The notes below the pieces were generated by a model. It saw nothing but the letters and a program-made list of their open reading frames with translations, searched no databases and was not told the origin of the DNA. Positions 7,551-15,807 of a stretch of DNA of 26,228 nt are shown piece by piece (within the stretch, counting starts at the first letter, position 1; each line of letters opens with the position of its first letter). The position numbers and the translations under genes are program-made. Origin of the DNA: a virus (lineage: Duplodnaviria; Caudoviricetes); IMG/VR virus record IMGVR_UViG_3300027969_000383, positions 1-26,228 of that record, one strand, 5' to 3'.

Positions 7551-9274
7551 GCTGGTGCTCCTTGTGTCGGCGCTGGTGCTCCGGGTGCTGGTGCTCCGCC
7601 TAGTGGGCTATTAACTCCTGGCTCTCCCCCAGCAGTCATGTCTTGGGCACCTTGCTCGATCTGTCCTAATTCATCCATATCAGTGTCAGTTGGTCTCTGT
7701 ACACCCAGTGTATTTAAATCACTGCCGGCCAATGAAGCATCCATAGATGGCATTTGACTTCCATCATCTTCTGGATTCTCTTCACGCCACATTTGTTCGT
7801 TATCAACCAATTCTTCATCAGTTAAGCCTAGATATTTCTTCAATACAAAACGTCTGCTTAGATAAGCAACTTCACTTAGCTGTCCGAATACTGCGGCTCT
7901 AGCATTGTTAACTTCAATTTCTCTGTACTCACTGAAGCTTTGCGGTGGTAAGAATGTCAATGTAAATGTACTTGAATCAAGCTCAATGCCTTTCTTTTTC
8001 AAGAACATTTTAAATTCTTTGTCTAATGGAGTCATCATTAGATTCTGTAGTCGTTGGCAATACTTGTTAAAGCGATATTCTTGAATAAACGCTGTGCCTA
8101 CTCTGCCATCATTGTATGCAGCTGTGCCATCATCTGGTCCTGTTGGCATATAACTGCTAGGAATACGTAATGCTCGCATCAGTTTATTAGTAAAATACTT
8201 CAAGTCATCAATTTGACCCAAGTTATCACCGCCTGGCAATACTTCAACTTTACTGCCACGACCTTCTGCTGTTTGAGCAAAAAAGTAATCTTCTAGCATA
8301 CTTAATGGGTTGTAACTAGCATCCATGATGCTAGTTCCGCCACCAGTACGACTTGGAATACGTCTTTGATGAATCTCATTTTTAACTCTATCAACAAAGC
8401 TCATAGCCATGTTAGCTGGCATATTACCTACGTCAATGTAAAATACTCTGCGTTCAGGAGCACGTTGTACACGATAGATAATGATACTGTCTTCTAATAA
8501 ACTCTTTTGTTGATATACTTTATAAGCTGATTCTAAAATACTATTGCCAAATGGATAGTTTACATCCATGCCTTCACTTAAACTAATATGTATTACATGG
8601 CTGGCACTGACTGCTGTTTCTACTTGATTTGAATTAGTATTAGTGCCTGTGCTTGGCGTAGCAAATTGCGTAAAAGCCTGCTTGTTAAACTGTGTAGGAC
8701 CATAGTTTTGATCTGTAATTAAGGGGCTTGTTGCTACTTTATCATTGACATCCAAGCTAATATTTTTGATCAAATACTGTTCAATCTCTTTGCCCTTAGC
8801 TTCGTTGATAATAACTTTAGATACATCAGCGGCATTGACATAGTATAAAACGTATGTTTCAGGATCACGAATAAAGAATTGATCACCAAACTTTAATGTA
8901 TTACGCACCATACGCCATACACGCTTGTTCCAATCGTTAAGCAAACACCATTGGCGCAAACTGGCATTTAGTACTTTAACTTCAGCTTCTGTGGGATCTT
9001 GAAAGTGTTCAATGGTAAATGGTAAGTTGCTTTCAAAATCAAATTGAGTACAGAATTCTGAAACAGTATCTAGTGCGCTGTTAACTTCACTGTCGTTGTC
9101 CATTATTTCGTATTGCATGTAGCGGTCAACACGATTAGGTGTACCTGTATATACGTCTTTGAGCCAGCTACTAAACTTGCTAGAACTGCCCATGTGATGA
9201 GCTTCTTTGCCTCTGTTGGAGGCAGCTACTTCGTTTGCTGTTTGTGGTATTTGAAAGTGTTTACGCCAACTCAT
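7547..9274 (-). CDS. gp20: Portal vertex protein, T4 gp20 family
   Basis: LLEDSIIIYRVQRAPERRVFYIDVGNMP, SMLEDYFF, GRGSKVEVLPGGDNLGQIDD..YF..KL.RALRIPSS. Confidence 0.96.
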   Translation of the reverse strand: MSWRKHFQIPQTANEVAASNRGKEAHHMGSSSKFSSWLKDVYTGTPNRVDRYMQYEIMDNDSEVNSALDTVSEFCTQFDFESNLPFTIEHFQDPTEAEVKVLNASLRQWCLLNDWNKRVWRMVRNTLKFGDQFFIRDPETYVLYYVNAADVSKVIINEAKGKEIEQYLIKNISLDVNDKVATSPLITDQNYGPTQFNKQAFTQFATPSTGTNTNSNQVETAVSASHVIHISLSEGMDVNYPFGNSILESAYKVYQQKSLLEDSIIIYRVQRAPERRVFYIDVGNMPANMAMSFVDRVKNEIHQRRIPSRTGGGTSIMDASYNPLSMLEDYFFAQTAEGRGSKVEVLPGGDNLGQIDDLKYFTNKLMRALRIPSSYMPTGPDDGTAAYNDGRVGTAFIQEYRFNKYCQRLQNLMMTPLDKEFKMFLKKKGIELDSSTFTLTFLPPQSFSEYREIEVNNARAAVFGQLSEVAYLSRRFVLKKYLGLTDEELVDNEQMWREENPEDDGSQMPSMDASLAGSDLNTLGVQRPTDTDMDELGQIEQGAQDMTAGGEPGVNSPLGGAPAPGAPAPTQGAPA

Positions 9275-9290
9275 AATTTATCCTGTTATA

Positions 9291-9298
9291 TATTTATT
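9291..9298 (-). promoter_or_regulatory. Late promoter AATAAATA upstream of portal
   Basis: AATAAATA-TATAAC-AGGA-TAAATT-ATG. Confidence 0.65.
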
Positions 9299-9308
9299 AA
9301 ATTATTCG

Positions 9309-11741
9309 TTATGCGTTAAAGCTTATGGCACTTATTCTACGTGCCAAATCGTCGTCTTTGCTCAATCCCATAGTCGCTATTCTGTTGGCAATGGCTTGTT
9401 CGTTGATAGATTCAAGCATTAGATCATTTTGTTTCTTTTGTTGTTCAATACTGGCTAACTGTGCGGCTAACACTGGATTGTCACCACTGGCTGCTTGTGA
9501 TGTGATTTCTCCGGACATACTGCTAGCACTATCACTATAGAAGTTTTTATATAAGCCGGTGCCTAATCCCAGAGCGGCGCCGCCGGCTGCAAGCCATGGA
9601 TTACCTGTCATTGCTCCAGTGCCCCCTAAGGCTGCGGCTGTACTAACTGTATCTGCAACTTTGCCCCAAAACGTTTCTCGACCTAACATATCAGCTGTAA
9701 CATCTGCGGCTAGACCAGTTGCCATTCCAGCTATTGATAATTTACCACCAATTTTAGCCATACCATATAGCCCGTTAGCAATACTTCCGCCTTTGGCATT
9801 TTCAGGTAATTTACTTGGAAAATCTTTGCCAGTAGTTTTGCGTTGATATGCTGGAATGTCAGCTGGGTTTGGTCCTTTGCCACTGGTATTTCCACCTTTG
9901 GCATTTTCAGGTAATTTACTTGGGAAATCTTTACCATCAGCTTTACGTTGAGATGCTGGAATGTCTGCTGGGTTTGGTCCTTGACCTGTTCTTCTTCCAC
10001 GATTGCGTTGCGGTCGATCAAATCCCCCAAAACCGTCATTTTTAGCTGTAGAGGCTGCCTTGAGCAATGCCGCAGTAAATGAATCTAATGCTTTGTTAAC
10101 TATGGCATACTTAGTTATATATGTAGGCAACGTTGTAACTCCTAATACACTTAATCCTTTGCCTAATATTCCTATTCCTCCATTGAATAATTTAACACCT
10201 ACTGCAACCATACCTAGCAGTACACCTACGCCTAATATCACACTGCCAAATGTACTGAGTACTGATCCCACAGCAGAAAATACAGTGACTAATGGCTCAG
10301 GCAGTGATTTAACTATAGCTCCAAAGAAATCCATTACTTCTGCTATTTTTCTAGGTATAAAAGAAATAACTTGGAATACTGATGCCCAGTCAATCATGTT
10401 AATTGCTTTTAACAACGGTATTGCCATTTCTTGCAAACTAGCTTGTAGTGATCTTAATTCAGCGTTAAATTGTTTTGCTGAATCAGCACGTTTGCGATCT
10501 CTTATGTTTTCTTCGCTGTTATACGTTGAAGCGGCGTCGGCCATTTTTAATAATTGTCTAGCACTATCTCCAACAACACCCGGTATTTGAGCATAGGCTG
10601 CCAATTCTTGTTCACGTGATTTAACAGTTCGCATGACCATATCACGCAGTTTCTCTTGATCTTGTTCTGTTATCTTATTGCCTGCTTTGGCTAATTGTGC
10701 TTGTCGTTCTATTTCTTCGTATATGCCAGTGCCAGCAAGCAACATATTCTTACCAGTGTCAGTTATTACCATTGGTAATCCGCTGATAGCGGATTGAAGA
10801 GCGTCTTGACCTATCTTATCACCCATCTCACCAAATAGCGCATTCATACTTGCGCCAAAGCTTTGAATCGCACCAGATACTTCTCTATTACCTGATTTCA
10901 TACTTCTAACAAAGTTAGCAACAATAGGATCCTGCGACAGTTTCATTGCGGCCTGCGCCATTTCCATGACACTCTTACCTGTTCTGGATGCTAACACATC
11001 TAATTCTTTACCTAATTCACGACTGTTTCTGATTACAGCATCCTGTGCCGATTTGCCTTTAAATCCCTGCTGTACTGCTGTCTTTGTTTGTTGAGCAGTG
11101 AATATTGCCATTTCATCTAGACCCATGCCTAGATTACCAACGTCTGCTGTGGCTAGTCTAACACTTTTTACTAATCCACCAAATTGTTTTGCACCGTCGG
11201 TTGCTCCTGAGCCCAGACTGGCAAATGCTCCGCCACTCTCTCCCAATGCTTTTGTAAAAGTTGTAACACTAACACCTGCTGATTTAGATGCAATTGCCAA
11301 ATCAAATGTGCTACCCGCAACGCCACGTTTCAAACCTTCGCCTAGATCTTTGCCATAATTTTCCAGTTTACCATAAGCAAAGCCAACAATACCTGCAAAC
11401 GCTGTTAGCCCTTTAGATGATTCATCTAAAGCTAAACCAAATTGGCCATGGAATATGTTTTTAATAAATCTAGTAGAGTTAATCCATTCTTTTTCTGAAT
11501 CTTTTCTAGCATCTGTTTCGCTTTCAATGGCATCAGTACTGGCATTTATCGCGGCTGTTTGTGCTTTTTGTTCTTTTAAACTTTCGGCATCTTTACCAAC
11601 TATTCGCTTGACTAAGTCTTCGGTCAAGCCAATTAGCTTTTCCATTTGCTTGGCCGTAGATAAGCCATCTAGCGAAAAGGTGAAATAACCTTCCCCGCCT
11701 TGTATACTAGGTTCAACTGTTCCGGAAATTCTATCAGCCAT
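9309..11741 (-). CDS. Tape-measure-like protein (810 aa)
   Basis: Long A/G/Q-rich helical protein with hydrophobic Gly-rich stretches, adjacent to the chaperone-like pair. Assigned by composition and context. Confidence 0.65.
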   Translation of the reverse strand: MADRISGTVEPSIQGGEGYFTFSLDGLSTAKQMEKLIGLTEDLVKRIVGKDAESLKEQKAQTAAINASTDAIESETDARKDSEKEWINSTRFIKNIFHGQFGLALDESSKGLTAFAGIVGFAYGKLENYGKDLGEGLKRGVAGSTFDLAIASKSAGVSVTTFTKALGESGGAFASLGSGATDGAKQFGGLVKSVRLATADVGNLGMGLDEMAIFTAQQTKTAVQQGFKGKSAQDAVIRNSRELGKELDVLASRTGKSVMEMAQAAMKLSQDPIVANFVRSMKSGNREVSGAIQSFGASMNALFGEMGDKIGQDALQSAISGLPMVITDTGKNMLLAGTGIYEEIERQAQLAKAGNKITEQDQEKLRDMVMRTVKSREQELAAYAQIPGVVGDSARQLLKMADAASTYNSEENIRDRKRADSAKQFNAELRSLQASLQEMAIPLLKAINMIDWASVFQVISFIPRKIAEVMDFFGAIVKSLPEPLVTVFSAVGSVLSTFGSVILGVGVLLGMVAVGVKLFNGGIGILGKGLSVLGVTTLPTYITKYAIVNKALDSFTAALLKAASTAKNDGFGGFDRPQRNRGRRTGQGPNPADIPASQRKADGKDFPSKLPENAKGGNTSGKGPNPADIPAYQRKTTGKDFPSKLPENAKGGSIANGLYGMAKIGGKLSIAGMATGLAADVTADMLGRETFWGKVADTVSTAAALGGTGAMTGNPWLAAGGAALGLGTGLYKNFYSDSASSMSGEITSQAASGDNPVLAAQLASIEQQKKQNDLMLESINEQAIANRIATMGLSKDDDLARRISAISFNA
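9787..9986. repeat. 105-bp (35 aa) tandem duplication inside the tape-measure-like gene
   Basis: GPNPADIPA.QRK..GKDFPSKLPENAKGG twice; cctttggcattttcagg starts at 9790 and 9895. Confidence 0.95.
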
Positions 11742-11759
11742 TAAAGTGTGTTTTTACTA

Positions 11760-11767
11760 TATAAATA
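11760..11767 (+). promoter_or_regulatory. T4-type late promoter TATAAATA for the gp26-like gene
   Basis: Exact consensus; GGAG SD before ATG 11800. Confidence 0.7.
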
Positions 11768-11780
11768 CATTATATAAGTT

Positions 11781-11788
11781 TATTTATC
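11781..11788 (-). promoter_or_regulatory. Late promoter GATAAATA for the tape-measure-like gene
   Basis: TAAATA core 40 nt upstream of ATG 11741 on the minus strand. Confidence 0.55.
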
Positions 11789-11799
11789 GGAGTTAAACC

Positions 11800-12636
11800 A
11801 TGTCAGAAAACAATCCACTAAAGCAGTATTTCAGAAAGCCTGGAATATGGATCAAGCTACCCAGTCAAGGTCAGTACTATGACAACAAGCCTAGTGACTT
11901 TAATGACATGGGAGAAATCGCTGTATATCCAATGACAGCTAAAGATGAACTGCTAATGAAAAATGCCGATGCGCTACTAAATGGCACGGCTATCACACAA
12001 TTACTCAATAGCTGTGTACCCAGTATTACCAGTGTGGATACAATGCCAGCTATTGATTTAGATGCAGTGCTATTGGCCATCAGACGTTGTACCTATGGTG
12101 AAGATTTGGACATCGAAACACAATGTCCGGAATGCAGTACAAGAAACGAATCTGTACTAAACTTAAATCATTTTATTGCCAGCATTGCTATTATAGATAA
12201 ATTTGATCCCATTACATTAGATGATGGTATTAAAGTGTTTATCAAGCCTGTTAACGTAAAACAGTTACTAAACTTAAACTGGGTACAATACGAACAGGTT
12301 AGAAACATCCAACAAGCAGAGCAAGGTAACATGGATGAAAAAGAAAAAGTTAATCTTTTGCAAAAGAGTTACAACACACTGACTAATCAGAATTTGTTAA
12401 TTATCGGAGCATGTATTGACACCGTGTTATTACCAGATGGTGTTACTGTCACTGATAGTACCAATATCAAAGAATGGGTGGAACAAATAAGTCAACCAGA
12501 ATTCAAGAAGATTGAAAATGGTATTATGTCATTAGCACAAAAAGGTATGAAAAAGACATTTAATGTTACATGCCAAAATTGTAGTCATGGCTACGAATCC
12601 AGCATAGATTTGAACCCAACAACTTTTTTCGTCTAA
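11800..12636 (+). CDS. Baseplate hub subunit / tail assembly chaperone, T4 gp26-like
   Basis: IKLPSQG, PMTAKDELL, DLDAVLLAIR, two CxxC pairs (CPEC, CQNC), ends ...TTFFV. Confidence 0.75.
   Translation: MSENNPLKQYFRKPGIWIKLPSQGQYYDNKPSDFNDMGEIAVYPMTAKDELLMKNADALLNGTAITQLLNSCVPSITSVDTMPAIDLDAVLLAIRRCTYGEDLDIETQCPECSTRNESVLNLNHFIASIAIIDKFDPITLDDGIKVFIKPVNVKQLLNLNWVQYEQVRNIQQAEQGNMDEKEKVNLLQKSYNTLTNQNLLIIGACIDTVLLPDGVTVTDSTNIKEWVEQISQPEFKKIENGIMSLAQKGMKKTFNVTCQNCSHGYESSIDLNPTTFFV
12624..12630 (+). promoter_or_regulatory. Candidate -1 ribosomal frameshift heptamer T TTT TTC
   Basis: X-XXY-YYZ phasing correct; the -1 frame is open into the next ORF. Confidence 0.7.
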
Positions 12637-12875
12637 GGCTTTTGACAGCAAAGTCAGGCCCTGAAGTTCTTAAGTTATTGGATAACTTAGACAAAGAGTC
12701 AAAAGCCCTAATAGAAGATATCGCAACGTTGGCCATATACTCAGGGCAGAGTTATGAACAAATATGGAATTTAACCCATGACGAAAAGCGAATATTCCTT
12801 AAAGTGCTCAAAGAGAAAATTAGTATAGATAAAGGCATTAAGCCAACACAAACATTAACTCAAGAAAGATTTTAA
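12630..12875 (+). CDS. gp51-like chaperone segment, probably translated as a -1 frameshift extension of the upstream gene
   Basis: Track start is only a TTG at 12642; SYEQIWNLTHDEKRIFLKVL resembles the short GT/gp51-type chaperone motif. Confidence 0.65.
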   Translation, partial: RLRLLTAKSGPEVLKLLDNLDKESKALIEDIATLAIYSGQSYEQIWNLTHDEKRIFLKVLKEKISIDKGIKPTQTLTQERF

Positions 12876-13383
12876 GTTGTTCATAGAACAACAAGATTTA
12901 CCTTTTACTTACAGTAAAACACAAATCTTAGAATTCTTTTTTAACATATTCAACGATACTGTACAAGATATATTATGCCAAGGTTTTGAAGTCGTACTTC
13001 GCCCTGTTAGGGGCAAAAGTAAAAATAACATGCCAGAGGCCCATTATCGTAATCTATCACTACAACTATTTCTAGTAAAGGCGGTTACGCTGTACCTTTT
13101 TATGTAGCTCTTCGAATATAACGCAAAATTAAGTAGCCAATAGATAAACAGCTTAATTTTCGTGGGGTGCAATGACTCAGCAGTGCCCACTCATTTTGAC
13201 TATACATACACATGCCAGCGTTTTTCAAGTCTAACGCTTCGTCCCAACATCATTGGGATAGTGGCAATCATGTCTCTGCTACTGCTCAGAATTTCCTACC
13301 GTCACACATCAGAACGGATTCAGGCGCCTATTTAACTTGCCGGCACGAGCATTATCAGTAGTGTCTTTGTGGCTGTTGCCGAT
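12876..13383 (-). ncRNA. Candidate large structured non-coding RNA (about 450-500 nt), family unidentified
   Basis: Largest gap in a gene-dense window; about ten stem-loops; several stems need G-U pairs that form only on the minus strand. Confidence 0.55.
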
Positions 13384-13812
13384 TTAAATTTTGTTTATGA
13401 TATGGGATCCGTGTACTCTAACGGATATTTGGCCATTGTAGTAATCAGTTGATTCAAGAACTTTTCTGTCGAATTGTTCCTTAGCTTCGAGGTATGAAGT
13501 ATGGGCCTTAGATTTGCAGTAGTGTAGTATTTCGCGGGTGAAATTTTCTTTGCCAAGAGTGAGTATATCTTTGTTAAGTTCATCGGAGGAACCATAATAG
13601 TCCATCCAGTCGCTGTTGATTTTGCTTCTAATTTTTTTCTTCTTTTTGGTGCCGTTTTTTAGTTTTACTGTTTTATAAGTTGTCTTAGAGAATTTTGCTA
13701 ATTTTTTGCCTATGTATTTGCGGCCTGTGATAGTATTGGTAATGAGATAAACAAAACCAATACAATCCTCAGGAAGTGAGTCTACCGAAGTTCCTTCGAA
13801 CAACCATGTCAT
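13384..13812 (-). CDS. Compact GIY-YIG family protein (SegE-like single domain) with a Lys-rich insert
   Basis: GFVYLITN...RKYIGKK, W.DYYGSS, F.REIL, YLEAKEQ, YYN. Confidence 0.85.
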   Translation of the reverse strand: MTWLFEGTSVDSLPEDCIGFVYLITNTITGRKYIGKKLAKFSKTTYKTVKLKNGTKKKKKIRSKINSDWMDYYGSSDELNKDILTLGKENFTREILHYCKSKAHTSYLEAKEQFDRKVLESTDYYNGQISVRVHGSHIINKI

Positions 13813-14018
13813 TTAACTGACAATGCTGCCTTTTCTTCTGTAATCTCTTTACGTCTTTGCTTGACTAATTTAGCAACTTCTTGTAGTGCCTTGCGAGCAC
13901 GACCTGCAGCTGCCTTAACTTTTTTAGTTGTAAATTTTTCGTTTTCTTCAATGTAAACTTGGAATTGTTTAATCAATTCTTCTTGAGTGTTTACTGGAGT
14001 TGTGTTTTCTTCTGTCAT
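13809..14018 (-). CDS. Small basic helical protein, Hc1 (histone H1-like) N-terminal family
   Basis: ENEKF..KKVKAAAGRARKALQEVAKLVKQRRKEI. Confidence 0.65.
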   Translation of the reverse strand: MTEENTTPVNTQEELIKQFQVYIEENEKFTTKKVKAAAGRARKALQEVAKLVKQRRKEITEEKAALSVK

Positions 14019-14022
14019 AATT

Positions 14023-15798
14023 TTATGCCTCTACCATTTCTATATCTGTATTAAAAGTTGTAAATCCGTTTTCTTTAACAACTTGTAGTATGTTATTTAC
14101 TCTTCCGACCAGTTCATCACGGTGGCTGATCAAGAAGATATTCTTCCGATTTTCTCTGGCCATCTTTTTAAGCAAGCCCAAGCTGTTATCAACGCCATTG
14201 GCATCCATACCACTGTCAATCATTTCGTCGATAAACAACAAATTGATTGGCCTATTCAAACTTTCATAGACATCTCTGAATGCCCACGACAAGCCCAAAA
14301 TAAGTCTATTACGTTCACCTCGACTCAAGTTATCAAAATCAAACTCTTGTCCAAGTTGTGTAATGTCTACTTCCAAGTCACTGCGGAATTTTACTTCATG
14401 CGGTAACGCCAGCTTTTCTAAATAATAAGCAAGTCTATGATTTAGATAAGCCAAGTTCTGTTCGATTATACGTTTACGAATAAAACTGTCTTTACTGGTT
14501 AGCAGTTTAAGCAAGAACTCTTGATGCTCTTGCAGTTTAGTCAAACTGTTAATAATATCAAAATTAATTTCTTCTAAGGCAGTTGTCTTTAAATGTTCAA
14601 TCTGTTCAACATAGGGATCGATGTCCAGTGCTCTGCGCTCAAACTGGTCCTGTGCTGTTTCTAAGGTACTCTTGTGATTGACAGCATCGTCAATGTTAGA
14701 ATACTTTACTTTAGGAGCACTGCCTAACTTGCCCAGATCCAAAATTTGTTTTTCTACTTTTTTGAGTGCTTTTGATTCTTTGTCGAGTTCTTCAGTTAGT
14801 GTAGCAATAGCGTTATTAATATCATCTAACATGGTAACTTGTTTGTCATCATGAACATCCTGTCCGCAAGCATGACACTTGTGTTCTAATGCATGACCCT
14901 GAGCACTGGCCAAGTCTGCCAATTGTTGTGTAACTCGTTTAACAGCACTTTGGTGTGTGGCTAAATCTTTGTTATTACGTTTAAGTTCTTTTTCATTAGC
15001 TTGCCATAATGCCAGTGCTTTATGATTTTCTAACTCTTGTGTAATATCGATGTTTAATAGTTCGTCAATGGCCGCTGCCAGCTTTTCGAGTTCGTCGGTT
15101 TGCTTAGTCTGCCAAAGACGACTACGACGTTCCAAGTCGTCAATAGAGTTTTTAATTTTAGTGTTTGCATCTGATACTGCCTTAATTCTGTATTCTTCTT
15201 CTTTGGCTTGATCTTTAGAGTTCTTAATAAGATCTTTAAGTAAATTTGCCTTTTCACTGAGTTGTGTAATGCCAAGAAGCTGTTCAATGATATCACGCTG
15301 GTCATTGGTCTTAAGACTTAAAAATGGCTCAGTGTAAGTATTTAACGCACAAATATGTTTAAACATATCATGACTCATACCCAACAGCCGTTCAATTTCT
15401 ATTTGGGTTTCTTTATTCTCACCTTGTTGCTCTTCAGTTTCGCCTTTGTCGACTTCTTGATCATCGACAATAAAACGAAGCACATTAGGTTTACGACCTC
15501 GTTCAATTTTATAATTATGGCCGTTAACTTCCATTTCACAAGTAACTAACATGTTCTTAGTGTTAGTCTTGTTGATAAGGTTGTCTTTACGGATATTAGT
15601 CAGCGCGGTGCCATATAATACATAGCTCAATGCGTTAACTATAGTAGTTTTACCCGTGCCATTACGACTGCCATCGCCACCTAAGTCTAAGTTATTACCT
15701 AATACAAGAGTAAGACCATGTTGATCAAATCTTAATGCTTGGGTAACGTTACCTACCGAAAGAAAGTTTTTTACAGTTAAATTTTTGAGTTTAATCAT
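14023..15798 (-). CDS. gp46: Recombination endonuclease ATPase subunit (gp46 / SbcC / Rad50)
   Basis: KNFLSVGN, Walker A NGTGKT, zinc hook CHAC, signature LSRGE, Walker B LLFIDE, ISH. Confidence 0.95.
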   Translation of the reverse strand: MIKLKNLTVKNFLSVGNVTQALRFDQHGLTLVLGNNLDLGGDGSRNGTGKTTIVNALSYVLYGTALTNIRKDNLINKTNTKNMLVTCEMEVNGHNYKIERGRKPNVLRFIVDDQEVDKGETEEQQGENKETQIEIERLLGMSHDMFKHICALNTYTEPFLSLKTNDQRDIIEQLLGITQLSEKANLLKDLIKNSKDQAKEEEYRIKAVSDANTKIKNSIDDLERRSRLWQTKQTDELEKLAAAIDELLNIDITQELENHKALALWQANEKELKRNNKDLATHQSAVKRVTQQLADLASAQGHALEHKCHACGQDVHDDKQVTMLDDINNAIATLTEELDKESKALKKVEKQILDLGKLGSAPKVKYSNIDDAVNHKSTLETAQDQFERRALDIDPYVEQIEHLKTTALEEINFDIINSLTKLQEHQEFLLKLLTSKDSFIRKRIIEQNLAYLNHRLAYYLEKLALPHEVKFRSDLEVDITQLGQEFDFDNLSRGERNRLILGLSWAFRDVYESLNRPINLLFIDEMIDSGMDANGVDNSLGLLKKMARENRKNIFLISHRDELVGRVNNILQVVKENGFTTFNTDIEMVEA

Positions 15799-15807
15799 CG
15801 TAGTGTA

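Noticed and set aside
10003-10590. 195-aa antisense ORF, and similar ones such as 5129-5584 and 6713-7093
   Set aside because: In-register antisense shadows of well-supported genes, with low-complexity translations.
12877-13107. 76-aa plus-strand ORF
   Set aside because: TTG start inside a hairpin, no SD, no recognisable motif, and it overlaps the dense stem-loop region; more likely a shadow ORF.
12876-13812. Group I intron with homing endonuclease, tmRNA, tRNA cluster or CRISPR array
   Set aside because: No interrupted gene flanks the region, and I found no recognisable P7 core, tRNA-like ends, T-loop motif or regularly spaced repeats. A covariance-model search is still needed to exclude these firmly.
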